Assembly (NCBI RefSeq): GCF_023055435.1
Contig: NW_025964372.1
Coordinates: 14,198,001-14,262,000 of the forward strand
Direction of reading: 5' to 3'
DNA from: Haliotis rufescens
Taxonomy: Eukaryota
DNA: 64,000 nucleotides
This document shows positions 23,846-37,705 of this stretch, in pieces. Within the stretch, counting starts at the first letter, position 1. The number at the start of each line of letters is the position of its first letter. The position numbers and the translations under genes are program-made. Under the pieces are notes generated by a model that was not told where the DNA came from, made no database searches, and saw nothing but the letters and a program-made list of their open reading frames with translations.

Positions 23846-26800
23846 ATGTATTCCTTTTTGGTCGTTACAATCCTTCTCGTTGGCGTTTCATGGTAAGTAA
23901 TATTTTAAAAAGTCAGTTTTATCAGTCCAGTGACACTGCTTACTAATATATTTGACTAAGTTTTGGCTTGCAACCGCAAATTATTTGGTGAGCCCCCCAC
24001 CTCAATGTTGACCATGTTTAAAATCTGATCGGAATTACGTAACAGCCATGAAGAGACCCAACTGCTGAGGTCATATTCGCAAACGTTCAGCTTCATAAGC
24101 TTAGAGTTTAAGAGGAGAAGTCGCAGTAAATACAGAAAGAACGGAGCTTAAAAGGTAGCTGGAAAAAAACACGCGAAAATTTGTGAAAAGAATATGTTAT
24201 TTTGGTTCTTGCTACATATTAAATTTCATAATGAAAAGGATTAATAAGTGGCTAATGTAACCGTTTCAATATGTCTGCATGTGGTAGTCATGACTACGAC
24301 ATTTGTAATCCACTTCACCTGGAACCCCTTTCGGTGTGGCAAGTTGCTCATGATATCAACAGCTAATTAATGGACCACGAGGGGGCCTCGGGTTAGAGTG
24401 AAGGAGTCGTCCAGTCGGCATTATTCCTGCCATACAGCGACTCCGGGTAAGAACGTGCCCCCAGCAACCTGTGCATGTCTTCTTAATTGATCGGGTGGTA
24501 AGGCATGCTTGATTGTGTCATCGAACCCCTATGGCAAGGACTTTTCTCATAATGTTAACCACTGTTTTTTTCTAATACAGGCTTGTCTTGTCCTTAATTG
24601 ACAAGGAATGTAAAAGGCTTATGTGGTAGCACGGGGTCCCGTTCACAGGTCACAAATGAGGAGACTTTAAGCAACGTCGGCCGCGTAGATTAGTTGGATG
24701 GGTGACAGTGTTCGGCAGCTGGACTGAGAATGAAAACCGAGTGCATTCTGATCCACTGCCAATGGTAATAATGTTACCGCTTTGCCCAACGCTGAACTTT
24801 GGGAGGGAAGCGCAATATACACACACAAATAATTATTAATATTTCTTGTGGGGTAGCCTAAAGCGTTTTCTCGTCACTCCGAAAACCTAGGCTCGATTGC
24901 CCACATGGGTACATTGTGTGAAGCCCATTTCCGTTCTCCCCCGCCGTGATATTGCTTGAATTTTGCTAAAATCGGCGTAAAACCATACTCACTCACTCTT
25001 TTTTCAATTGAGTATGTGTTGTGTACGTTTTCAAAAACCGTTTAACCAAAACGTATGATAAAATCGTCGGCCACATAATAGTTGATGCCGTCAAATGCAG
25101 GGGGCAATGAAACAAGCGTCAACGTTGCTGCTCCATGTATATGCTTGTCATGTGAAATGTTATTTTGCAATTTTCCAGCCAGCACCATAATCACAACAGC
25201 CATGAAATCTACACTAATGTGATCGAAAATGTATGGCTGAGCTCGGATGATAACGGCGATGGCATCTTTGAAAGATTCGAACTGACTCTTGTCTTCGCTC
25301 ACTACGATGAAAATGGTAAGACTGGGATGGGATTGGATGTCTGTGGTTAAAGACTAATAGTCTGACCCAGTTTCGATAACAGGTTGCCAGAATTGTACTG
25401 CTTGTGGTTTAAAACAACATGTGGCTCCCCTTGTATTTTAAAGAAAGGTTCCCCAAAGCACTGAAAACATATAAATGTTGTCGTTGAGGTAAAATATGTT
25501 TCGCTGGATAATGTTCCTTTAGAGAGAGAAAATCGTGTCTTGAAGCAGTGATCGAAAATATATCTCCTTCCCGTCGGAAAAAGAAATGGTGGCTCCCCAG
25601 TGTTATACCTTTCCTTTGTCACCAGGTGATAAGATTGTCACCCACCACGAGTACATGGACTCCGTGCCTGCACACTCCACCCTGAGGGAGTACAGCCATG
25701 CGGTCTTCAAGGAGTTCGACGCTAATGATGACCACCTGCTGGACACACCAGACATCGATCTCGTCTATGGCAAAATGGATCTTGACGGTAAACAATACAT
25801 TATTACAGTCCCTACAACACTCGTACCTGTGCTTGTCGCAAGAGGCGACTAACGGGATCTGGTGGTCAGGCTAGATGACTTGGTTGATGCATATCATCGT
25901 ATCTCAATTGCGTAGGTCGAGGTTCATGATATCAATGACTGGATTGTCTGGTACAGACCCGATCATTAACAGACCGCCGTTTTACAGCTGGAATATTGCT
26001 GAGTACGGCGTTAAACAACCAAACAAACACATTTTCCAAAAGGTTCAAGCGGACATATTTGTGAACTTTGTTGAAAGGCAAGTGCAAGGAAGGAACATTA
26101 AAACATGTATCCCATAGAATGTGATGCTTGAAGCGACGAAAATTTACCCTGAAGGCGTGAATTTTAGCTCGTGCGCCGTTATTGAGTTTGCGTGTAGGGC
26201 GTTAAAATAACATTCACTAACACCTGGGCAATGGTCGGCCCAGGCGACGCATTTCGCTCTGCTGGGTTGCTTTTGAAACCTTTTATAGAATCCAGGTTCG
26301 ATCTGATTATGTTAGAGCTATATCCGTGCTCATAGGTTTCAACAAAGTGGAAATCTGCGTCACTTCCTGTTTATCGCCTGCGTAAAGCTGACACAAACCA
26401 TTATATAACTGAATTACTGTTCAAAGCTCTAAAGTCTTCGACGAAGTACAGTAACTGCAACTGTTTGTAGCATGTGGATATGACATTTCAATAATCTGCT
26501 TATTTTGTTCAGGTAACAAGGAGGTCTCTAAAGATGAGTTTACAGCCTACTGGATGAACGTAAGTGTACAAAGCTCCATATATTAAATCTAAACCTCTGT
26601 TTGTCTAAAATTCGTTGTTGCTCGTTGTTACACGCCGCACTCAGCAATATTCCAGCTATATGACGGCGGTCTGTAAATATTCGAGTCTGGACTAGACAAT
26701 CCCGTGATTGACATCATGAGCATCGATCCACGCATTTGGGATGCGATGACAAGCATGGTTGTCCTGTGTATGAACCCACGGGGGTTCCAGAGTAACAATT

Positions 26801-27416
26801 ATTGTAGGTCCCCAGCAACCTATGCATGTCGTAAGAGACGACTAAGGTTTTGTTTTGTTCTTTGTTTAACGCCGCACTCAGCAATATTCTAGCTATATGA
26901 CGGCGGTCTGTAAATAATAGAGTTGGTCCAGACAATCCAGTGATTGACATCTTGAGCATCGATCCACGCAATCGGGATACGATGACATGCATCAAGCAAG
27001 TCAGCGAGCCTGACCACCCGATCCTGTTAGTGGCCTCTTACCACAAGCACAGTCGCATTTTACGGCAAGCATGGGTCGCTTAAGACCTATTCTACCCCGA
27101 ATCTTCACGGGGCAGGCGACCAAGTAAATCGTTTGGTCAGGCTATGAGAAACCGTTGATGACGCGGCAAAGTACCTTGACGGCGTGGATTGTTGCTCATT
27201 ATATCAATCACTGGATTGTCTTGCCCAGAATCGATAATATCTTTTCGTTCACCGTCATGTAGTTGAAGTATTGTTAAGTGCGGCTTTAAACAACAAGACA
27301 CGCAATTATTTTGTATTAATATATATAATCGACCAGATATTTTTATTACACTTCAGATTTTGACGAAGACGGCTCACCTGCACGGCCACGGCCTTCACTT
27401 GGGCCACCACAACTAA
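23846..27416 (+). CDS. Secreted four-EF-hand calcium-binding protein with His-rich ends (shell-matrix IMSP5/EFCB-like), 150 aa; gene A
   Basis: Exons 23846-23892, 25179-25315, 25626-25787, 26513-26559, 27357-27416, all GT-AG and phase-compatible. Signal peptide MYSFLVVTILLVGVSC; loops DDNGDGIFERFE, DENGDKIVTHHE, DANDDHLLDTPD, DLDGNKEVSKDE; C-terminus HLHGHGLHLGHHN; AATAAA at 27461. Confidence 0.88.
24667..24706 (+). other. 5S rRNA-derived fragment (SINE3-like or 5S pseudogene piece)
   Basis: TTAAGCAACGTCGGCCGCGTAGATTAGTTGGATGGGTGAC resembles the internal control region of invertebrate 5S rRNA. Confidence 0.55.
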
Positions 27417-27747
27417 ATCACGTGACCACTTGCAGCAATAACTGCTAAACGTGTTTGATCAATAAAACAGGAATTTTCCTATATTTGTATAATGAACCAC
27501 ACCAATGATAATGTACGAATGTACAAACAAACAAATGGTATTTGACCGGTTTGTCTTACCTGTTCATCTTCACAAGGCAAGGGAGTTAACTGACTGTAAA
27601 AGTCCAGTTTCCACCCTTGCCGAAATAGGCTGGAAATTCGTGGCTCGATCGTAGCGCCACGAGTGGCGATTACCAGTTATGTCCCTTCTACGTCCCTTCT
27701 ACTGACCAATCAGATACCGCTAGATTTAATCCAAAATACAAGTAATA

Positions 27748-29479
27748 CACTCTTCAAAAAGGAAAAGCACAGGTAGATTTTTAGTAAATTTATTGTACCT
27801 AATAAATTCGATATATTTAATTCAAAATCATAGATAAAATGTCACATGTTGTCGTTGTCCAAAGGCATTGAAAACTGTTTATTGTCATGTCACATAAGGC
27901 CATAAGGTTACGCTGAACGTGTGACCGCCCTGGGCAGCAATAACGGCTCTGCATGTCCTCGGCACTGACTGGATGAGTGTACGAATTTTGTCCTGCGGAA
28001 TTCTGCACCATTCTGCTTGTAACGCGTTGGCAAGTTGTGGGAGTGTCTGTAGCGTGTTCTGGCGTTGACGTTTACGTCGATCGAGTTCATCCCAGAGGTG
28101 TTCGATTGGATTGAGATCTTGAGATCTCGACGGCCAGGGCAAGCCGTTGATGTTGACATTATGAAGGTCGTCTAACATGACACGAAATGTGTGCGGTGGA
28201 GCGTTGTCCTGTTGAAACAGCTCCCTCTGGCGGTCAATGATTGGAAGAAGGTGAGGTTGAAGAATTTTATTTCATGCAGCGATTTGCTGTCGAATTTCCC
28301 TGAACCACAACCAAGTTAGATCTCGTGGTGTAGGATATGTATGGCCCCACACATCATGACACTACCGCCAACGAAATTGTCGAAGCATAGTCGCCTTTTA
28401 CGGCAAGCATAGGTTGCTGAAGACCTATTCTACCCCGGATCTTCACGGCACGGACGATAACTGGTCTTCTGGATCGAATTCCAGCCTCGCGAAGATGGTT
28501 CCTGACAGTCTGGTCCAATATCCTCCTCAAACCAGGGTTGGTTTGGTTTTATTGTTTAACGCCGCACTCAGCAATATTCCAGCTATATGACGGCGGTCTG
28601 TAAATAATCGAGTCTGGAACAGACAATCCAGTGATTGACATCATGAGCATCTATCCACGCAATTGGGATCGATGAAATGCATGAACCAAGTCAGCGAGCC
28701 TGACCACCCGATCCCGTCAGTCGCATTTTACGACAAACATAGTCGCCTTTTACCGCAAGCGTGGGTTGCTGAAGACCTATTCTACCCCGGATCTTCACGG
28801 CATGGACGAAAACTGGTCTTCTGGATCGAATTCCAGCCTCGCGAAGATGGTTCTTGACAGTCTGGTCCGATATCCTCCTCAAACCGGGGATGCGTCCTGC
28901 AGTCTCCGCAGCTGTGGCATTGCGATGACCTAGGTGGAACAGTCGAATTTAGCGATCCTGTGCAGGTTGGTTACTCTTGGTCGGTCGGTTCTCGGACGGT
29001 CTGCAGTGGAATTGAACTGTGTGTATCGGTCACAGAGGCGGCAAATGGTGATGAGGTGGACGTTGAAGTGGCGTGCAACAGAAGACTGTGATTCCCCTCT
29101 TTGGATACGTCCTAAGGCGATACGTCCGATCGGCAGTGCTGAGTCTCGGCATTTTCGAGCTTGAAAAATGTTGACGATTGAATGACAAATAATTGGCTTA
29201 TGCTTGCCTTTTTATGGTCACTACCATGAGTTACAAATGTCATAACTTGCACGTGCATTTTGCTTCACTGTTTTCCTCCATGACATTTTTGAACACGTGT
29301 GAAAATAATGCCGTTTTAGACATTGCAAATCGATAATGGCTGCGTTTTGTCGCACCGTTTGTCGAAAATCAGGCCTTCAACATTTTCCAATAACACATAT
29401 CCAGTTTATATACCGGATTTTTTGTGTAGTCATGTTCAATGAACTACATACAACCTGTGCGTTTCTTTTTTGAAGAGTG
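27748..29479 (-). mobile_element. Tc1/mariner transposon with decayed transposase
   Basis: TIRs CACTCTTCAAAAAGGAAAAGCACAGGT and ACCTGTGCGTTTCTTTTTTGAAGAGTG flanked by TA. Transposase from ATG 29152 (MPRLSTAD) to about 27910, with FQQDNAPPH, WPSRSQDLNPIEHLWDEL, GGHT. Interrupted by SINE sequence and an internal duplication. Confidence 0.92.
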
Positions 29480-32400
29480 TATATGTACTGACTGGACAAA
29501 AAAATGGTAAATTTTTTCAACATCACCACGAACTTAGAGTGAAAGTATACGGGGTCTTTTTAAACGGTAATCAATGTTATAAGAGCCGACCAATGAGGAT
29601 CTGGCGGTCACAATGTGTTACCAGACGTGGTTGATGCATGTCATCGAATCCCAATGGAGTCTATCGATTCTCATGGTGGCAGTTACAGGACTGTCTGGTC
29701 CAGAGTCGAGTATTGTCAGTGCTGATGGTACAAACAAACAAACATTGTGACGCAATTCTCCTACAGGTGATATTGCTTGATCTCGTCCAAGCCATACATC
29801 CCGTGAATCCCTGTTTTGGAAGACAAACTTGCACATTTGCCCCTTAAACTTATCGAATTCAAATTTGTTCTAATGAGTGAGTATGTTTCACGGCACCTTT
29901 AGTCACATTCCAGCGGTATCACGGCGGTGGACATATCAAGATGTTACCATCTCACAAAACATCACGATGAACGTGTCCATTAAAATTTCCAGTTCCCATG
30001 TATTTAGTGAGAGTTTAACGCCTTTGTGAAACGTATTTCAGTTATCACTCGGCTGCATGAAGTTAGGCATGTGTCAGATGTTTATATCTTTGGTAAAACG
30101 AGCACGAGTATGGTTCTGACAAACTAAAAGATCATTATCAGGCAAAATATGGGATTCGAACCTATGATCATCGGTTTTGGGCGCACCTAAGGGACGCAAC
30201 TCTGCTTGGCGTATTGTGGGGACACAGACGAATGAGACACTCCTAGCCTAGTATAAGGTCACAGCAGCATGTATGTATTAACACAGCAGTGTGTTATGAC
30301 ACATCTCCTAATTCAAAGAAGAGATCAATGAAATCGCCAATTATATGGTCATACGGTTCAATTTGAATTGGTGGGGAGGAATAGGTCTTCACAAACCCAT
30401 TCTTGGCGTAAAAGGCGACTATGTTTGTCGTAAGAGGCGACTAACGGGATCGGGGGGGTCAGGCTTGGTTAATGCATGTCATCGATCGATATCGTATCCC
30501 AATTGCGTGGATCGATGCTGATGATGTCAATCACTGGATTGTCTGATCTAGACTCGATTATTTACAGACCGCAGTCATATAGCTGGAACATTGCTGAGTA
30601 CGGCGTTAAATAACAAACAAACAATATGAATTTGTGCCGATAAGATGTGACATCATCACGTCACGGTTTCTTGGACAAGAGGGAAATGTCCGAGTATCAC
30701 GCAAAACCTCATGCAATAAAGACATATTGAAGGTAGGTTTTTTTTGTTTCTGTTTCATACTATTACTGCATAACCGTACAATTGGGAAGTGCATTTTAAT
30801 AAGAAACACTATTTTGTTCAGTGTGGGGAGCGATAGGAGAGATGGTATTTCGCAACTGGTATTTATATAAATAGCAGGATCCTAGTATAGGTGGTTAAAA
30901 AGGCATACAATTTCATTGTTTCAATCAGAAATTCAAATAAGAATATTTTTCAATGATACCCATATTTACTTTGTATACAAGAGATTGATTATTTATTATT
31001 ATTTACAGACCGCCGTCATATAGCTGTATGATAGTTCAGACTCGATCATATTCGAAACGGAATTGTATCTGTTTATTATATCCTATAGCTACGGGACGCA
31101 TCTTATCAGCATTTCTTACGGCGCACCTACGCAGGACTGATATTATGACAGGTCAGCACTTTGACCTTGTAGAAGTTGATTATATCTATTTTAATCGCTG
31201 CATGAACAGGTAGGTATATAAATCATGCTTTAATATCATTTAAAAACAAAACATAACACTTGGTTTCTTCAAGGTCTATATATGTATGGTTTACAATATT
31301 ACTAATTATAATGAAAACGAACCATGAAAAGGAATATATGGTGTAAAATAAAGCTGGTGTCTTCAATGCACCATCTTTTAGGGCGTGTGGCTCGGTCTCA
31401 AGTCCCAAGGTAATGAATTTCTTATGATAAAACATTGATCAGACTTATGACCAAATTATTATGTTTCATTAACATCACATATACATCATTTTATATGAAG
31501 CGCAGTTACTTTTTTCTGCTAACTAATAGATGCAGCAGTAAAATCGTGCAAACTTGACTCATGTTAGGTGAACCCTAAGTCAATATGATACAGAGTGCAT
31601 TATTACGACACATACGATGATGTAATATGTTCATGTCGATGTAGAACTATCAACACAATGAAAATACTTTCATATAACTTGTTGAGATCAATTAGCTATT
31701 ATTTTACTATAATGTAGCATAAACAATCTGTTTTGAAACCACATGTCGGATAAATACAATATTAATTATAAAATTAGCATTATTCATGTGTGTGGTTACC
31801 ATGGAAACAGCGACATCTTCACACCAAGGTTTTGAACTCAACAAAGCGAAGTCTTAAAAGTAGAAACAAAACGTGGCAATCCTCTGACGTTGGCTTGTAG
31901 GTCTTGTCTGCAGAAGATTAAGACATCGGGTCACCATATAGCTAGTTGATTGATATTAAACTCCGTCTCGGCTTTTATTGATAAACGTATATTTACGCAC
32001 CTGTATGAATTGACATCTTTGGTTTGCTTGGTTTGTTGTTTAACACCGCACTAACACAGCGATATTCCAGCTTTATGACTTGGTTGACTTCGTTGATGCA
32101 TGGCATCGACTCCCAAGTGATGTTAAACCCTTGATTTAAGTGGTCAAGACTCAACTATTTACAGACTGCAGTCATTTTGCTGGAATATTGTTGATTACAA
32201 ACAAACAAAACAAACAAAACCTCGAATCACCCTATAATTCGAGACATTTTTTAAACCTTATAATGTTTTCCCACGAATTTCTGCTTAAAACAGGTGAGGA
32301 CGAACCTCGTAACGGGATCATGTGGTCAGGCTCGCTGACTTAGGCGATGCATGTCATCGTATCCCAATTACGTAGATCGATGCTCATGATATCAATCACA

Positions 32401-32901
32401 GGATAGACTGGTCCAGACTCGATTATTTATACAGACCGCCGTCATATAGCTCGAATATTGCCGAGTGCGGCGTTAAACAACCAACCAACCATCTGGAATC
32501 ATTGTTATGTGATAATGATTAAAAAAACATATGCTCATGTTATAGTCGGAATCAATTGTCTCCGTTTGGCAGATATTTCCTAAGAATATGAAAATGGTTT
32601 TGTCGCTTTTATGTCTAAGCGCCGTGCCATCTACACCCAAAATGGAGTGTCATCGAAGGAATATTTGTGTGGGATTTCATTTGCACGTATGAATGAAGCC
32701 GAATCGTCTTAGAAAGCCGACACTTGATTGGCTCAAGAATCCACGCAGCCTTCCTTCTGCTTGGACGGGCAAAGTTGGCCCAGGGTATACGACCTTATCT
32801 ATGAATGTAACTTACTTTACATAGGGATATCTTCGGTTTCGTTTTTAGTTCATCTGCGTGACATAGGCGCGGCGAAAGATATCATCGAGCGTCTTGAGAA
32901 T

Positions 32902-35592
32902 ATGTACACGTTGGTTGGTGTTGTGTTGGCCCTTTGCGTCTCCTACGGAGCCTGTCAGTGAGTACACATGCATATTTCTATGAACTATTCATCGTTCCAT
33001 TGCTCAGACTTACTACACATTCCGAGTGTCTTTTTCCAGAATAACAGTTAACATTACTGCTATTCAAGAGTCAGTTATACTATGATTTTCACAGACAATT
33101 AATCAAGTTCTTGTATTCTGTACTCTCTCAACGTCTCTTGAAGGACGACAATAGACCTCCGGCCCTACAATGAAACCGCCAAGGCGATGTTTGTGTCCGC
33201 TGATCTTGATCATGACCAGACCTTCACTATCGATGAACTGCGGTATTCTTACAATGCGTACGATGCTGATGGTAAGTACATGTTCCTTTAAGAAGCCCGG
33301 GTCAGAATGTACCTCATGCTTGTAAGAAATTCTGAAATGGGGATTGATGGTCAGTTTTCCATATGTGGCTTAAAGTGTGGGTCGATGAAGATGCGTTCAG
33401 TCAATGCTTTGCCCAACCCAACCGCGTTTCAATAGAAGTCGAGGTCCTGTAGCTGGAATACCATATTAATTTTGGCGTTACACAACTGCATCGATTTTAA
33501 ACGTGACCGCCACGACAATGTTATGGCCTTTGACCTTAAAAACTAGACTGACTGCATTTCGACATTTCATTTGAAACTATGATTATGATTACATATATTA
33601 TGAAGTTACATTTTCCACATCCTTCGCATAGCGTGTCAAGGCCTTGCTCACATAATTTAGATCCGACTTTGAATCCTGTTATTTTGCCTATTAATCGGGG
33701 CATTGTTGCATGAAACATTATGAAATATACATGATGTTTTTGTTGTCTCATAATGTCTGTCATATGTATTAGTGTGTTCCTCTTTCCTCACGTATGGTTG
33801 GCATTTATGATCTAATGGTTACAGTAAAACAGGTGAGCTTCATTGTGGTATTTCCCAAATTATGTTTGTTGGTTATGTTGGTTTGTCAGCATTATTCCAG
33901 CTACATGACGGCGGTCTGTAAATAATCGACTCTGGTCAAGACAATCCACTGATTGATATCATGAGCATCGATGCACACAATTGATATCGATAACATGCTT
34001 CAAACCACGACAAGCATAGCCGCCTTTTACGGAAGCAGCGTTACACTGACTGACTTTTATGTGATGTTTTCAGGAGATGGTGTTGTGACCAGAACTGAGT
34101 ATACCACATTCACGGCTCACCTGAACCCGGAAATGTTCGACTTAACGCATGCCCTGTACGATAACTTTGATGCCGACAAGGATGATGTACTTACTCTCTT
34201 TGATTTCAATGCCTTGTTCAAACTGATGGATAACAACGGTAACTATCAAATCGCTCCAATAATATAGCCATTGCACTTTGTTCTTGACTACGAAACGAGA
34301 TTAAAACGAGGTAAACGGAAATCTAACGAGGAAACTTGAATTAAGGCATTGCTTAACATTGCTGTATTTAGTTCTCAAGGTAAATTAAATGTCATCGTCT
34401 ACACCTGTTTATAAATTTAGTTTTAAAATCTGAATGTCGATGCTTTTGTTATGAAATAGAAATATATGTGTTAAGGGGAATATCATGAACCTGTTATTGT
34501 TGTTCGACTGATGGCACAAGTGGCCTAATCGCCCCTTATTGTGCCAGGATCCTGTGACCGTGGTATCGAATCCCAAATGCTCAGTTACTATATTATCCTT
34601 GGTCTGTCATTGTGGATTTTACCTGCACCTGCAGTTTGCTTTCCAACAACATCAAGCTCGCACGCTGTGGTAGATAGCTGGATAACTATTCAAATCTTTG
34701 TTTAAGACAACTCACTTGCTAATACACAATTTACCATTGACGAAATATGGAATTGTATACAGCCGAACTTTGATACTCAAGCATATTGTAGTTTGATTTG
34801 GTACAGTATATATGTGTCATCTTGAAACATTCCCTGTATTAAGATGAAATTTGGTAACGCTCTGACTGTACATGTAGCATACAAAACGAATGTATTTTGA
34901 TTCAGAAAATGGGCGTGTGAGTCAGAAGGAATACGTGCATTGGTGGACAGTGGTAAGAATTGTTGAATTTTCATGAAATAATCAACCACTGTAACAACAG
35001 TTACGAAACCACAACATACCTAGGTAGAATACGAGCATGGAATTCTATTCATGTGAGACAAGAACAAGTGATCATAGTTTGGGCACAACGCGTGACCTTG
35101 TAAATAAAATATCCAGGTGTCTCTACAGCCAGGTACCGTTGGCCATGCCGTCAAACGCTATGTCTTGTGTCAGTTAGATTTTGTTAAAGCCGTTAAATTT
35201 CCGTTAAACAATATTCGCTTACTTTGTTACATGTCTTATTAAAGCAAATAAGATGCGACAGGATGAGTGAGTGAATGGTGTTTAACGCCGCATTCAGTTA
35301 TATTCTAACTTTAACTTGACCGCTTGTAAAATCATTAACTACATCTGCCCCATCGGAGTCGCCAAGCCGGACAAGCCGATCCCCATTGTAGTCAGTTAAG
35401 ATACAGGGGCCAATATAACCCGAAATCACGGGAGAATAAGAAGTACGATATGATCTGCAAAACAACGTCTTGAAAATTTGATGAAATTTGTTTAATTGAA
35501 TATTATTTTTTATTTTCCAGACACTTGAATCCCTGGACCATCTCCACCATCCATTAGACTACAATCCAATTTGTAAACAAGGGTTTAAGTGA
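32902..35592 (+). CDS. Secreted four-EF-hand protein, paralog B (155 aa)
   Basis: Exons 32902-32957, 33144-33271, 34074-34238, 34906-34952, 35521-35592, same intron phases as gene A. Signal MYTLVGVVLALCVSYGAC; loops DLDHDQTFTIDE, DADGDGVVTRTE, DADKDDVLTLFD, DNNENGRVSQKE; C-terminus LDHLHHP. Confidence 0.87.
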
Positions 35593-37377
35593 CTCCTGCA
35601 TGATAAAGTTATGCGACGTTTATCTAACGATTGAACATGATACGTTCATTATTCTGTGTTGTTGTGTATGGAGATTCGTTCGATAGTATTCCAATACATT
35701 TGAAATTGGAACCAGGTGGTCTAAGGACTGGCAGACGAATCCGCAGTTCTGTTTCGTTGAATTATGTCCCTAAGATATTTCTGTAGATGTGCTTCAGTCA
35801 TTCATGTGAATTACCGTCTGTAAATCTACCGGATATTGTGTTTGAAAAGATAGAAATCTTAGAGCTGGCTGGCAAACACTGCCTTTCGCTTCACCCGGAT
35901 AATCGTTCGATTAGCTGTTAAGACAGGAATCACATTTAAACGTCAAACAGGTATGAACTATTCCAGGTATATTTGGAAACACTGTGTAACTATGCATTTT
36001 TCCATAGAGGATGGCTGTAACTGGGAGTGTAAATTTAAACTCGATTATTTCCACGTGGCTGTCACATAGCTGGAACAGTAGAACAACTAACCAACCAAAC
36101 AATACTGACGCCATTCAATAAACATTGGGGATTCTTAAGCTCGTTGTATTCCGTTCAAAATATGTCTCGTTATTCCGTTAAACACACCACACATTTAAAG
36201 GAACTGACTCACAAGTGTGGTTTCAATACTGTATACCAGTCATAACACATAACCTAACATATGTAAAAACATGCTGATAATGACCTTTCGACCCACTCCT
36301 TCCTGAAGTTGTAGCGCTAACCTGTATGCGACAAAACAGTTACCTTCCACGACCTAAGCCTAACAGGAATCCGTATAAGAACAAGAGTACGTTTAGATTT
36401 AGTCCTGTTTTTGACATTGCCAAAACTTGAAATTAATTAGAGGGCCAAACGCCTACGGGTGTTTAAACAAGGATATCCGTGTTTTGTAGATATGCTTCTG
36501 CTTAGTACATGGCGAAAACAACAACAACAAACGACAAACACGTAAATAAGAACGAACTCGTGCAGATCCGGGTGTAGCATAGGTTTTCTTTCGAGAGATC
36601 AGTCTGACCTGGATCAAATCATTGGTTGGTTTGTTGTTTAACGCCGCACTTAACAATATTCCAGCTATAGGACAGCGGTCTGTAAATAATCGAGTCTGGA
36701 CAAGACAAGCCAGTGATTGATATCATGAGCATCGATCCACGCACTTGGGATCGATGGCCAATTTTGAAACAACAAAATGAAGCGTGTTACAAAATACGTC
36801 TGTCGGCGTTGAAAAGGCTACCAAAACTATACCTCAATCCTGGACTGGCTGTCTTCTCGGAATGCCATGCCCGCGTTAAGGCCGCACAAATTATTCGTAT
36901 TATATCGGTTTGGCCGTGGAAAGGAGATGAAATTTTAACCCCTAACTTTTGAATCATCAATTCACCTATTCGTGGCTTGCCTATCCGTCATGGGCGACTG
37001 GAAGCATTCTGTCTTCAGGAAGAAGGGGAAGCAAGTAGGCTGAAAACATGAAAATAAGAGATGACCCGGGATCTAGAGTGAGATCAAACTTACATACAAA
37101 CCTTAGGATTTTGCCAATGAAAACCTTAGAACAAACTAAAAGGGTTTATATAGATTTCGTATGAAAGTAAGAGTAACATTTGGATATTCACATCGATATG
37201 TCGCTAGAGAATGTTCGAAAATAATTGATCATACTGTTTATCCAAGTCATCCAAATAATTAAGTAGAACATACATAGCAGAATAAAGCAGAAAATACGAT
37301 ATACATGGAGAAAGGGTACATACATGTAACTCATGAACAAGCAGTAGTGTTCCTATCCTCGCCTGCAAGATAAGACC

Positions 37378-37705
37378 AGGCATGTTAACGCCTTATCATT
37401 TGGACACGTTGAGAGACTAGGCATGTTAACGCCTTATCATTTGGACACGTTGAGAGACTAGGCATGTTAACGCCTTATCATTGGGACACGTTGAGAGACT
37501 AGGCATTTTAACGCCTTATCATTTGGACACGTTGAGAGACTAGGCATGTTAACGCCTTATCATTGGGACACGTTGAGAGACTAGGCATTTTAACGCCTTA
37601 TCATTTGGACACGTTGAGAGACTAGGCATGTTAACGCCTTATCGTTGGGACACGTTGAGAGACTAGGCATGTTAACGCCTTATCATTTGGACACGTTGAG
37701 AGACT
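37378..37705. repeat. 41-bp minisatellite, 8 copies
   Basis: Unit AGGCATGTTAACGCCTTATCATTTGGACACGTTGAGAGACT. Confidence 0.95.
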
